A stretch of DNA of 64,000 nucleotides. Source: Flavobacteriales bacterium. Lineage in GTDB: Bacteria > Bacteroidota > Bacteroidia > Flavobacteriales_F > PHOS-HE28. This document shows positions 36,718 to 46,101 of the stretch, one piece after another (position 1 is the stretch's first letter; the number at the start of each line of letters is the position of its first letter). The DNA lies in NCBI GenBank assembly GCA_023382455.1, contig JAHDVX010000012.1:44519-108518 (forward strand), read 5' to 3'. A program made the translations under genes and the position numbers. The notes beneath the pieces are model-generated. The model worked only from the letters and a program-made list of their open reading frames with translations, searched no databases and was not told the origin of the DNA.

Positions 36718-37716
36718 TCAGGCTGCCAAGAGAAAATCCACTCCCTCCACCAGCCCCCGCGAAGACAAGTACACCGCGATGCGGTCGCCGCTGCCGCGCT
36801 GGCTGATCATGGACACGATGAAGGCTTCCCCGGCGGACGGAAGCCGATCGTGCGGAATGAAGGCATAGCCGGGGACTTCCCGGGGCCGCACATCGGTGAA
36901 CGCATGGATGGCGATCCCTTTCGCCTCCAACAAATTGGCCCGGCTCCGGCAGATGCCGCTGGTGCCCGCGATGATGAGCAGCCTGCCGCCCAGCTCCCGC
37001 TTCAACCAGCGGGCCAACCAATGCACTTTGGTGCGGAAGAACGCCTCCGTGCTGTAATGGGGATGCGTGCGGCTGAGGCGTTGCGCATGGTCGTTCCACG
37101 TCAGGAGTTCCTCGGGCAGCTTCGCGAAGCGCACCCCGGCATCCATCCAGCGCAACCACAGCTCGTGGTCCTCGGGCATGGGTTCCGTGCTGTAGCCGCC
37201 ATACCGTTCTACCAGTTCGCGGCGGAACATCACGGTGGGATGGGCCAGGGGCGCATCCACGAAGCGTTTGATGCAGTGTTCGTGCGGCGTGACGATGGTG
37301 TTCTGCCATTGCACGAACCAGCGCATGCCGCTGCTTTGCGCCACGGTGCTGGCGAATCGTGTTTGGGTACCGAGCACACCGATGTCCGGACTTGCCTCCA
37401 TGAACGCGAACTGTTTGGACAATCGCTCCGGATGGCTGATATCGTCGGCATCCATGCGGGCGATGTAGCGGCCCTGCGCTTGGGCCAGCCCGGTGTTCAA
37501 GGCGTGCGCAATGCCGACCGTTGGCTCCTGCACCAGCCGGATGCGCGTATCGCGCCGCGCCCATCGCTCGGCGATCGACGGGCCTTCATCTGTGGAGGCA
37601 TTGTCGATCAGCAGCAGCTCCCAGTCCGCGAGGGTTTGCGCAGCCATGCTGGCAATAGCGGCCTGCAAGGTGGGCGCGGCGTTGCGGAAGGGGAGGAGGA
37701 TGAATACGACCGACAT
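36718..37716 (-). CDS. Glycosyltransferase family 2
   Basis: LLPFRN, IDNASTD, ALNTGL, RMDADD, HPTVMFRR, EDHELWLR. Confidence 0.92.
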   Translation of the reverse strand: MSVVFILLPFRNAAPTLQAAIASMAAQTLADWELLLIDNASTDEGPSIAERWARRDTRIRLVQEPTVGIAHALNTGLAQAQGRYIARMDADDISHPERLSKQFAFMEASPDIGVLGTQTRFASTVAQSSGMRWFVQWQNTIVTPHEHCIKRFVDAPLAHPTVMFRRELVERYGGYSTEPMPEDHELWLRWMDAGVRFAKLPEELLTWNDHAQRLSRTHPHYSTEAFFRTKVHWLARWLKRELGGRLLIIAGTSGICRSRANLLEAKGIAIHAFTDVRPREVPGYAFIPHDRLPSAGEAFIVSMISQRGSGDRIAVYLSSRGLVEGVDFLLAA

Positions 37717-37833
37717 AGGGCGAAGATGGACCTTTTGTGGCTGGGGAAAACTTCCTTGTGAATGGCGGTGTCCGACAGCTTCCTCGGCCTATCTTGCCAC
37801 CAAACCTTTGACGGCAAATCTGCCAAAGCACAA

Positions 37834-38787
37834 ATGACAAGTGTGGAGATCTGCGCCGGTGCAGGCGGGCAATCCTTGGGCTTGGAGCGGGCCGGTTTCG
37901 ACCATGAAGCCTTGGTGGAGATCGATGATGCCTGCTGTGCCACCTTGCGCCTGAACAGGCCGCAATGGAATGTGCTGCATGGCGACGTCAATGGATTCGA
38001 TGGGCGGCCATTCAAGGGTGTAGAACTGTTGGCAGGAGGAGTTCCATGTCCGCCATTCTCCGTGGCCGGAAAACAACTTGGCGCGAAGGATGAGCGGGAC
38101 CTTTTCCCGGAAGCGCTGAGGCTGACCGATGAGATCAGGCCGCGTGCCGTGATGCTGGAGAATGTGCGCGGATTTCTTGACCCGGCCTTCGAGGGTTATC
38201 GGAACCGCCTGTTCGGCCAATTCAGGAAGCTGGGCTACAAACCAGCGATACGCCTATTCCAAGCCTCGGATCACGGGGTGCCCCAGCTACGCCCACGGGT
38301 AGTGATCGTCGCCTTGCGCCCATCGGACGCCGATCATTTTACTTGGCCGGAGAAGAGCACCACACCAGCCCCCACTGTGGGCGAGACCTTGGAGGACCTG
38401 ATGGCAGCGAATGGATGGGCTGGTGCCCGGCAATGGGCAGCGGGCGCACGGGCAATCGCACCGACGATCGTTGGAGGTAGCAAGAAGCATGGTGGACCTG
38501 ATCTGGGACCCACTCGGGCCCGGAAGGCTTGGGCACAATTGGGCGTAGAGGGCGGCACCATTGCGGAAACCGCACCGGAACCAGGCTTCACGGGCATGCC
38601 TCGGCTGACTGTTCGCATGGTCGCGCGGATCCAAGGATTTCCTGACGATTGGCATTTCAGCGGTCGCAAGACCGCCGCCTACCGGCAAGTGGGCAATGCC
38701 TTCCCTCCGCCAGTGGCGGAGGCGGTGGGGCGGAGTATACAAGAGGTGTTCGAGCGTGCATCATTGCGCAGCGTAATGGTGGCATGA
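37834..38787 (+). CDS. DNA (cytosine-5)-methyltransferase, NgoMIV/NaeI-like (probable GCCGGC)
   Basis: EICAGAGG, GGVPCPPFS, ENVRG, QLRPR, TRD APTIVGGSKKHGGPDLGPTR, QVGNAFPPP. Confidence 0.92.
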   Translation: MTSVEICAGAGGQSLGLERAGFDHEALVEIDDACCATLRLNRPQWNVLHGDVNGFDGRPFKGVELLAGGVPCPPFSVAGKQLGAKDERDLFPEALRLTDEIRPRAVMLENVRGFLDPAFEGYRNRLFGQFRKLGYKPAIRLFQASDHGVPQLRPRVVIVALRPSDADHFTWPEKSTTPAPTVGETLEDLMAANGWAGARQWAAGARAIAPTIVGGSKKHGGPDLGPTRARKAWAQLGVEGGTIAETAPEPGFTGMPRLTVRMVARIQGFPDDWHFSGRKTAAYRQVGNAFPPPVAEAVGRSIQEVFERASLRSVMVA

Positions 38788-39377
38788 TGGCAAAGAAGAG
38801 CCAAGGTGCACGGGCAAAACTCAGGAGCTTCCTCTTTGAGCATGTAGGCGAGGTCCTGGAAGCCGAAACGCTTCGCGAAGTTTCAGGAGGTATCAGTGAA
38901 TGGGCCCGGCGGATCAGGGAATTGCGCGACGAGGAAGGGATGGATATCCAAACAAACAACGATCGCAGTGACCTGAAGCCAGGTCAATACATTTTGGTAT
39001 CAGCCAAGCCAAAGCCGGCCTTTGAGCGGGGTATTTCCAAAGAGACGAGGGCTTTGGTGTTGGACCGCAACGGTTTCACCTGTCAAATGTGCGGAACTGC
39101 CGCCGGAGAGCCGCACCCATACGATCAAGGGCGAAAGACCAGGCTCCATATCGGTCACATAGTGGATAAGTCCATGGGTGGCGATGACAGCCCGGGCAAC
39201 CTTAGGGCCATCTGTTCCGTGTGCAACGAGGGGGCTTCAAACCTGACATTGAACCGCCCTGACGCCATCAAGCTCATTGCCCAGATCCGTCGTGCATCCG
39301 GGAAGGATCAGCTTGATGTGCTTTACTGGCTTATGCGGAAATTCCCGGAACAGGTACGGAAGAAACTGGGCAAGTAG
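38784..39377 (+). CDS. wHTH-HNH endonuclease, KpnI-like architecture
   Basis: EWARRIRELRDEEG, CQMC, HIGH...GG...NLRAICSVCN; ATGA overlap with the MTase stop. Confidence 0.85.
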   Translation: MMAKKSQGARAKLRSFLFEHVGEVLEAETLREVSGGISEWARRIRELRDEEGMDIQTNNDRSDLKPGQYILVSAKPKPAFERGISKETRALVLDRNGFTCQMCGTAAGEPHPYDQGRKTRLHIGHIVDKSMGGDDSPGNLRAICSVCNEGASNLTLNRPDAIKLIAQIRRASGKDQLDVLYWLMRKFPEQVRKKLGK

Positions 39378-39391
39378 AATTGTTCCAACCG

Positions 39392-39421
39392 ATCCATGTC
39401 ACCTCGACTTACGACATGGAT
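39392..39421. terminator. Hairpin between convergent genes
   Basis: atccatgtc...gacatggat perfect 9-bp inverted repeat. Confidence 0.35.
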
Positions 39422-39448
39422 GCCGAATTCTGGAAATATCCTATTCCC

Positions 39449-39964
39449 TCAATACCGCCCCAACTCCCCCGGATCGAACCCCGCGCGGATCAGCGCGTTC
39501 TTCGCGGCCTTGAAGGCCTTGTCCGTTCCGTTGTGCGGATGCACGGGTACCTCGGTGGCCTGCCGTAGCTCCTCCAGCAGTGCCTCGGTCTCGCTGGTCG
39601 CGAGCTTCTCGCAGGCTTCGTACATGCCGCCGTGCTCCTCTTCCAGGCGGTCGTGCTGCTCCAGCAGCAGGCGCACCAGGCGGAGCACCTCGGGCGTGGG
39701 CGGCGTCACCATCAGGGCGGTGAGCGCGCCGTGGTCCAGGCGGAGCTTGGCGGCCAGCGGCAGGGGCATGCCGCCGTTGGCCCTTTGCGCGGCGGGGAAG
39801 AGGATCTTCTCCTCCATCTTGATGTGCTTCAGCAGGCCGGTGCGGAATTGGTGGTAGAGGTCCATGCGTACCTCGCCGGGCGTGGCGGTGGCCCGGTCCA
39901 GCAGGTCGTCCAGGCGGCGGTGGTCCTCGGTGAAGAAGCGGTGGAGGGGTTTGTCTTTGGGCAT
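39449..39964 (-). CDS. Hemerythrin-like (HHE) domain protein
   Basis: EDHRRLD, HIKMEEKILFP, LRLDHG, HDRLEE. Confidence 0.85.
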   Translation of the reverse strand: MPKDKPLHRFFTEDHRRLDDLLDRATATPGEVRMDLYHQFRTGLLKHIKMEEKILFPAAQRANGGMPLPLAAKLRLDHGALTALMVTPPTPEVLRLVRLLLEQHDRLEEEHGGMYEACEKLATSETEALLEELRQATEVPVHPHNGTDKAFKAAKNALIRAGFDPGELGRY

Positions 39965-40226
39965 AAGGATGAGCGTATGGCGATGGTGGCAAAGGTCGCC
40001 CAAGATGGATCCCATGCATGCCGCGAAGGATTGCAAGGCAGCGGATCATTCCTCACCTTGCACCGGTGGCAGGCGTACGGTCGCCGCGCCACGGAGCCGT
40101 GACCAGGGCACAACTGCGCAAGGCCGCACGGGAGAAGATCCGCTTCGGGGATTGATCGGCCTTGTTTCCGCAGGGACCGCCTTGTCGAAGACCGCGGTAG
40201 GCTTGACCCTGCGGAAACAGGGGCCA

Positions 40227-42059
40227 TCAGTTTTCCGTGTGCGCTGTGCCGCTGTGGTGATTACCTGAAATGCCCAGCCCGTTCCACAGCGCCTCCGCCT
40301 TCTTCGCGCCGATCTCCTGCGCCACTTCTTCCGGCTTGGCCTCGCGGATGCCCTGGATGGAGCCGAAGCGATGGAGCAGCTTTTGCGTGGTGGCAGGGCC
40401 GATGCCGGCGATGTCCTCCAGGCCGGTGCGCACGGTGCGCTTGCTGCGCTTGCCGCGGTGGTGCGTGATGCCGAAGCGGTGCGCCTCGTTGCGCATCTGC
40501 TGGATCAGCCGCAGGCTGGTGCTGCGCTTGTCGATGTGCAGCGGATAGGGATCGCCGGGGAAGAAGATCTCCTCTAAGTTCTTGGCGATGCCCACCAGGG
40601 CCACCTTGCCGCGCAGGCCTAAGCGGTCGAACACGTTGAGCGCGGAGTGCAGCTGGCCCTTGCCGCCGTCGATCACCACCAATTGCGGCAACGGATCGCC
40701 CTCGGTGAGCAGGCGGGAGTAGCGCCGCTCCACGGCCTCTTCCATGCTGGCGAAATCGTCCGGCCCCTGCACGGTGCGGATGTTGAAGTGGCGGTAATCC
40801 TTCTTGCTGGGCTTGGCGTCCTTGAACACCACGCAGGCGCTCACCGGGTCGGTGCCCTGGGTGTTGCTGTTGTCGAAGCACTCGATGTGGCGCGGCAATT
40901 CGGTGAGGCGCAGGTCCTGCTTCAGTTGTTCCAGCACGCGGTCCGTGGCGGCCTCCGGGTCCACCAAGGCTTCCTGCTTCTGCTTCTCCAGCATGAAGTA
41001 GTGGGCGTTACGCTCGCCCATCTCCAGCAGGTGCTTTTTGTCGCCGCGCTGCGGTAGTGTGAAGGCGATGCCGGGCATCTCGATGCCGGGATCCATGGGC
41101 ACCACCGCCTCCGGCGCGTTGCTGCGGAAGCGCTGGCGCAGATCGGCGATGGCATATTGCAGCACCTCGTCGTCGGGCTCGTCCAGCCGGCGCTTCAGTT
41201 CCACGGTCACGCCGTGCACCACCGCGCCGTCGATCACCCGCATGTAGTTCACGAAGCTGCTGTGGGTGTTGCGTGCCAGGGCGAACACGTCCACGTCGCC
41301 CACGGTGGGGCTCACCACGGTGCTGCGCGCCTGGTATTTTTCCAACTGCTCCGCCTGCGCGCGGGCTTCTTCGGCCTCCTCGAACTCCAGTTTTTCGGCG
41401 TGCTCCAGCATGCGCTGCCGGAGGATCTTCACCACGCTGCCGATGCGCCCCTTGAGGATCTGCCGGGCCTGCGCCACGTTGGCGTTGTAGTCCTCCTCGC
41501 GCTGCAGGCCCTCGCACGGCCCGCGGCAATTGCCCATGTGCCATTCCAGGCAGCGCTTGTACTTGCCCTTGGCCACGTTCCCCGGGCTGAGGTCGTAGTT
41601 GCAGGTGCGCAGCTTGTACAGCTGGTGCACCAGCTTCAAGGCGGTGCGCATGGCGCCGGCCGAGGCGAAGGGCCCGATGTACTCCGAGCCGTCGTCCACG
41701 GGGTTGCGCATGCCCTCGATGCGCGGGTAGTGCTCGTTGCGGATGCGGATCCACGGGTAGCTCTTGTCGTCCTTCAGCAGGATGTTGTACCGCGGCTGGC
41801 ATTCCTTGATCAGCGAATTCTCCAGCAGCAGCGCATCATAGGGCGTTTCGGTGACGATGGTGCGCAGGTCGGCGATCTTGGCCACCAGCAGGCGTGTCTT
41901 GCCGTCGGGATGCTGCTTGGCGAAGTAGCTGCCCACGCGGCTTCGCAGGCTGGTGGCCTTGCCCACGTAGAGGATCTTCCCCTCGCCGTCGAAGAACTGG
42001 TACACGCCGGGCTTGGCGGGCAACAGGCGCACCTTGTCGCGGACATCGAGGGCGTTCAT
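40227..42059 (-). CDS. uvrC: Excinuclease ABC subunit C
   Basis: GIY-YIG (PGVYQF...YVGKA), IECFDNS, DDFASM, IDGGKGQL, RNEAHRF, C-terminal HhH. Confidence 0.97.
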   Translation of the reverse strand: MNALDVRDKVRLLPAKPGVYQFFDGEGKILYVGKATSLRSRVGSYFAKQHPDGKTRLLVAKIADLRTIVTETPYDALLLENSLIKECQPRYNILLKDDKSYPWIRIRNEHYPRIEGMRNPVDDGSEYIGPFASAGAMRTALKLVHQLYKLRTCNYDLSPGNVAKGKYKRCLEWHMGNCRGPCEGLQREEDYNANVAQARQILKGRIGSVVKILRQRMLEHAEKLEFEEAEEARAQAEQLEKYQARSTVVSPTVGDVDVFALARNTHSSFVNYMRVIDGAVVHGVTVELKRRLDEPDDEVLQYAIADLRQRFRSNAPEAVVPMDPGIEMPGIAFTLPQRGDKKHLLEMGERNAHYFMLEKQKQEALVDPEAATDRVLEQLKQDLRLTELPRHIECFDNSNTQGTDPVSACVVFKDAKPSKKDYRHFNIRTVQGPDDFASMEEAVERRYSRLLTEGDPLPQLVVIDGGKGQLHSALNVFDRLGLRGKVALVGIAKNLEEIFFPGDPYPLHIDKRSTSLRLIQQMRNEAHRFGITHHRGKRSKRTVRTGLEDIAGIGPATTQKLLHRFGSIQGIREAKPEEVAQEIGAKKAEALWNGLGISGNHHSGTAHTEN

Positions 42060-42078
42060 CGGGGTTCCGGGGAAGCTG

Positions 42079-42086
42079 CAAAGGTA
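42079..42086 (-). promoter_or_regulatory. -7 promoter element (TACCTTTG) for uvrC
   Basis: caaaggta on the + strand, 20 bp upstream of the uvrC ATG. Confidence 0.6.
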
Positions 42087-42208
42087 CCGGGGGCACGGGT
42101 GAGTGCGGGAATGCGTATGTCAGGGCCCAACGGGGAAATGATGCAGGAACGCACCAACGATGGCGTGATCCTTCCCCCTACCTTGGCCGCCTACAGCATT
42201 CACCCGCC

Positions 42209-43231
42209 ATGCAATTCACCGCCGCGCAGATCGCAGCACTCCTACAAGGCACCGTGGAAGGCGACCCGGAGGCCACGGTAAGCCGCCTGTCCAAGATCGA
42301 GGAGGGCGGGCCCGGATCGCTGAGCTTCCTGGCCAATCCGGCCTACACGCAGTACGTGTACGGCACCACGGCCAGCGTGGTGATCATCGGGGAGTCGTTC
42401 CAGCTCACGGCGCCGGTGAAGACCACCCTGGTGCGCGTGGCCGATGCGCAGGCCGCCTTCGCGAAGGTGCTGGCCAAGTACAACACCATCAAGCTGGACA
42501 AGAAGGGCATTTCGCCGCAGGCGGTGGTGGAGCCGGGTGCCACCTACGGTACGGACTGCTACATCGGGCCGTTGGCCTTCATCGGTGCGAACGCGCGGCT
42601 GGGCAACAACGTGAAGATCTACCCGCAGGCCTACATCGGCGACAACGTCACAATCGGCGACAACACCACCGTCTTCGCCAACGTGACGATCTATTCCGAC
42701 TGCGTGGTGGGCGCCAACTGCATCCTCCACAGCGGCACGGTGATCGGGAGCGATGGCTTCCGCTTCGCCACGGGCCCCGATGCCGGGGCGAAGATCCCGC
42801 AGATCGGCAACGTGGTGATCGAGGACGACGTGGAGATCGGTGCCAACTGCGCCATCGACCGCGCCACGCTGGGCAGCACCACCCTTCGCAAGGGCGTCAA
42901 GTTCGACAACCTGATCCACATCGCGCACAATGTGGAGGTGGGGGAGAACACGTACTACGCGGCGGGCGGCGTGGTGGCGGGCAGCACCAAGATCGGCAGG
43001 AACTGCATGTTCAGCGGGCAGGTGGGCATCATCGGCCACCTGAAGATCGCCGACGGCACCATCATCGCCGCGCAGAGCGGCATCAGCAAGAACACCAAGG
43101 CAGGCGAGGCCTACATGGGCTCCCCGGCCTTCGAGGTGGCGAAGTACCGCAAGAGCTACATCCACTTCCGCAACCTGGACCGCATGGCCGAGCGGCTGGA
43201 CAAGCTGGAAAAGGCGGAGGAAGGGAAGTAG
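42209..43231 (+). CDS. lpxD: UDP-3-O-(3-hydroxyacyl)glucosamine N-acyltransferase
   Basis: MQFTAAQIA, hexapeptide repeats, IGSDGF, PQIGNVVIEDDVEIGAN, DNLIHIAHNV. Confidence 0.95.
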   Translation: MQFTAAQIAALLQGTVEGDPEATVSRLSKIEEGGPGSLSFLANPAYTQYVYGTTASVVIIGESFQLTAPVKTTLVRVADAQAAFAKVLAKYNTIKLDKKGISPQAVVEPGATYGTDCYIGPLAFIGANARLGNNVKIYPQAYIGDNVTIGDNTTVFANVTIYSDCVVGANCILHSGTVIGSDGFRFATGPDAGAKIPQIGNVVIEDDVEIGANCAIDRATLGSTTLRKGVKFDNLIHIAHNVEVGENTYYAAGGVVAGSTKIGRNCMFSGQVGIIGHLKIADGTIIAAQSGISKNTKAGEAYMGSPAFEVAKYRKSYIHFRNLDRMAERLDKLEKAEEGK

Positions 43232-43249
43232 GCGAACCATCTTTGCGCC

Positions 43250-43963
43250 GTGGGAACGATCCATTTCCAGGACCTGGGCACCATCGGTTTCGCCGAAGCC
43301 TGGGCGGTCCAGAAGCGCTTCTTCCAGCAAAGCCTGGACCGGAAGAAGGCCAACCGCGACCTGCCGGAGGCGGAACAGGTACCCACGCAGGACCACCTGC
43401 TCTTTTGCGAGCACCCGCACGTGTATACCTTGGGCAAGAGCGGCAAGCCGGCACACTTGCTCCTGGGCGAAGCCGAGCTGGGGCGGGAAGGTGTTGCGTT
43501 CTTCCCCATTGATCGGGGCGGCGACATCACCTACCACGGGCCAGGCCAGATCGTGGGCTATCCCATCCTCGACCTCGACCATTACTTCCACGACATGCGC
43601 CGCTTCATCGGCACATTGGAGGAGGCGGTGATCGGCACGCTGGAAGCGTACAGGATCAAGGCGGGCCGGATGGAGGGGCAAACGGGCGTCTGGCTTGATC
43701 CGGAAGATCCCGCCAAGGCGCGGAAGATCTGTGCCATCGGTGTGAAGGCCAGCCGCTGGGTCACCATGCACGGCTTCGCCTTCAACGCGAACACCGACCT
43801 TTCCTATTTCGACCACATCGTGCCGTGCGGCATCGCGGACAAGGGCGTCACCTGCATGGCGAAGGAGCTGGGCGGGCTGGTGGGCATCGAGGGCGTGAAG
43901 GAGCGGCTGAAGCTGGAGCTGGCCGACCTGTTCGAGGTGGAGCTGGCGGAGGCTGCGCTTTGA
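43250..43963 (+). CDS. lipB: Lipoyl(octanoyl) transferase
   Basis: EHPHVYTLG, DRGGDITYHGPGQ, KICAIG, HGFAFN, VPCG. Confidence 0.96.
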   Translation: MGTIHFQDLGTIGFAEAWAVQKRFFQQSLDRKKANRDLPEAEQVPTQDHLLFCEHPHVYTLGKSGKPAHLLLGEAELGREGVAFFPIDRGGDITYHGPGQIVGYPILDLDHYFHDMRRFIGTLEEAVIGTLEAYRIKAGRMEGQTGVWLDPEDPAKARKICAIGVKASRWVTMHGFAFNANTDLSYFDHIVPCGIADKGVTCMAKELGGLVGIEGVKERLKLELADLFEVELAEAAL

Positions 43964-44114
43964 TCTCACCGGTAATATCCGGCCCCCGCTTGGGGCTGGC
44001 TGGTGCTGCGGGCCATGCGCCATCGGCGGCAGACCCAAGGTGCCGATCCATGGACCACGAGGCCGGTAGCCGGCAAGGATCTCCGGTTATCTTCGAGGCG
44101 CAACCCTTTGTCCC

Positions 44115-45281
44115 ATGCGTATCCTTGTAAAGATCCTCTCCTGGCTGGCCGGCATCCTCGCGGTGCTGGTGGCCTTGTGCTACGTCACCGGCAACGGACA
44201 CATTCCCCGGGGTGTGCTCTTCACCTACCTGAAAGGGCGCACGGGGCCGGAGATCGACGACCGCAACTTCTTTCCCTACGCCACCATCCCGGCGGAGCAC
44301 CCGCAGCCTTGGCCCAAGAGCACCCGCTACGGCACACGGTCACTTTCCGACGATCAGGTGAAGGCCTTGAACCGACTGAACACCGTGGGCTTCGTGGTGA
44401 TCAAGGACGACAGCCTGTTGTTCGAGGATTATTTCGAGGGTTGGCGGGATGATTCGGTGAGCAATTCATTCAGCGTGGCCAAGAGCTACATCAGCGTGCT
44501 CACCGGCGTGGCCATGCAGGAAGGCCGGATCACCGACCTGCAAACACCCGTGGGCCAGTACCTGCCGGAGTTCGACCAGCTCGATCCCTGCCACAAGCCC
44601 ATCACGCTGTGGAACCTGCTTACCATGAGCACCGGCCTGGACTGGAGCGAGAGCGGCAGCAGCCCGTTCAGCGACAACGCCAAGGGCTACTACGGCTACA
44701 ACGTGCGCAAGCTGGCCATGGACCAGCCCTGCCGTGAGGAGCCCGGCAAGGAATTCGACTACATCAGCGGCAGCACGCAGATCATGGCCGACGTGCTGCA
44801 GGCGGTCTACGGCAAGCCCCTGCCGGAGCTGATGCGCGAGAAAGTGTGGGGGCCGCTCGGCGCGGAGCACGATGCCTTTTGGGGCAAGGACCGGAAGAGG
44901 GGCAATTACAAGGCCTTCTGCTGCCTTTATGCCACCGCCCGCGATTTCGCCCGCATCGGCCAGCTATGGCTGGACAGCGGCGAGTGGAAGGGGAAGCGCA
45001 TCGTGCCCCTGGAGTACTGGAGGGAATCCATCACCCCGGCCAAGCTGATGGACATGGGCGAGCCCAACGCGCGCTATGGCTATTACTGGTGGCTGGCCAC
45101 GGTGGACGGCATGCCCATGTACTACTGCCGCGGCTTCCACGGCGAATACGTGGTAGTGATCCCGCAGGAACGCCTGGTGATGGTGCGCACCGGAGCCAAG
45201 TGGGAGGAGAAGAATGAGTCCGGCCATCCGAAGGACGTATTCCAATGGCTGGAGATCGCGCGGTCGTTGGCTGAGGAGTAG
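44115..45281 (+). CDS. Serine hydrolase, beta-lactamase/AmpC-like family
   Basis: FSVAKS (SxxK), LLTMSTG, Y-x-S motif, ARDFARIG. Confidence 0.88.
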   Translation: MRILVKILSWLAGILAVLVALCYVTGNGHIPRGVLFTYLKGRTGPEIDDRNFFPYATIPAEHPQPWPKSTRYGTRSLSDDQVKALNRLNTVGFVVIKDDSLLFEDYFEGWRDDSVSNSFSVAKSYISVLTGVAMQEGRITDLQTPVGQYLPEFDQLDPCHKPITLWNLLTMSTGLDWSESGSSPFSDNAKGYYGYNVRKLAMDQPCREEPGKEFDYISGSTQIMADVLQAVYGKPLPELMREKVWGPLGAEHDAFWGKDRKRGNYKAFCCLYATARDFARIGQLWLDSGEWKGKRIVPLEYWRESITPAKLMDMGEPNARYGYYWWLATVDGMPMYYCRGFHGEYVVVIPQERLVMVRTGAKWEEKNESGHPKDVFQWLEIARSLAEE

Positions 45282-45348
45282 TTCGTGAGCCTGTTAGTCG
45301 TGAGTCTTGAGCCCCGTTAGTCGATCTGCTATTAAATCCCTGACAATC

Positions 45349-46077
45349 ATGCGTCCCGACCACCCCACCGACCCCTCCAAGATCCTTTTCCTGGACATTG
45401 AGACCGTGCCGGCCGTGTACCACTTCGGCGAGCTGGATGAACATGCGGCCAAGCTCTTCAGCGACAAGACCCGCTATGAGCAGGAGCGCAACGGCCGCTC
45501 CGCGGAGGAGATCTACGCCGAGCGTGGCGGCATCCTGGCGGAGTTCGGCAAGATCGTGTGCATCGGCGTGGGCGCGTTGAAGAAGGAGGCCAACGGCCAC
45601 GCGCTGCGTGTCACCTCGTTCCACGGCGATGATGAACGCGATGTGCTCCAGCGCTTCACGGACCTGCTGAACAAGAGCTACAACACCGACGACCACTGGC
45701 TTTGCGGCCACAACGGCAAGGAGTTTGACTTCCCATGGATCGCGCGGCGCTGCGTGGTGCACGGCATCAAGCTGCCGCGCCTCCTGGACGTGGGCGGCCT
45801 GAAGCCTTGGCAGGTGGGCTTCATCGACACCATGCAGCTCTGGAGCTTCGGCGATCGCAAGAACTTCACGTCGTTGGCATTGCTCACGCATATCCTCGGC
45901 ATCTCCACGCCCAAGGACGACATCAGCGGCGCCGACGTGGCGCGGGTGTACTATGAGGAGAAGGACGTGGAGCGCATCGCCACGTATTGCCGGAAGGACG
46001 TGGTGGCCACGGTGCAGCTGTACCTGCGGCTGCGTGGAATACCGGCCGTGGATGCCGGGAACATCACCGTGGTGTGA
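45349..46077 (+). CDS. Stand-alone 3'-5' exonuclease (PolB-like DEDDy)
   Basis: FLDIET, HNGKEFDFP, DTMQLW, YCRKDV. Confidence 0.9.
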   Translation: MRPDHPTDPSKILFLDIETVPAVYHFGELDEHAAKLFSDKTRYEQERNGRSAEEIYAERGGILAEFGKIVCIGVGALKKEANGHALRVTSFHGDDERDVLQRFTDLLNKSYNTDDHWLCGHNGKEFDFPWIARRCVVHGIKLPRLLDVGGLKPWQVGFIDTMQLWSFGDRKNFTSLALLTHILGISTPKDDISGADVARVYYEEKDVERIATYCRKDVVATVQLYLRLRGIPAVDAGNITVV

Positions 46078-46101
46078 GGACGGGCAGTTTACTTTCACCG
46101 C

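Noticed and set aside
45349..46077. Stand-alone PolB-like exonuclease as a defence or mobile-element gene
   Set aside because: Host-like composition and a widespread Bacteroidota family; no mobile context.
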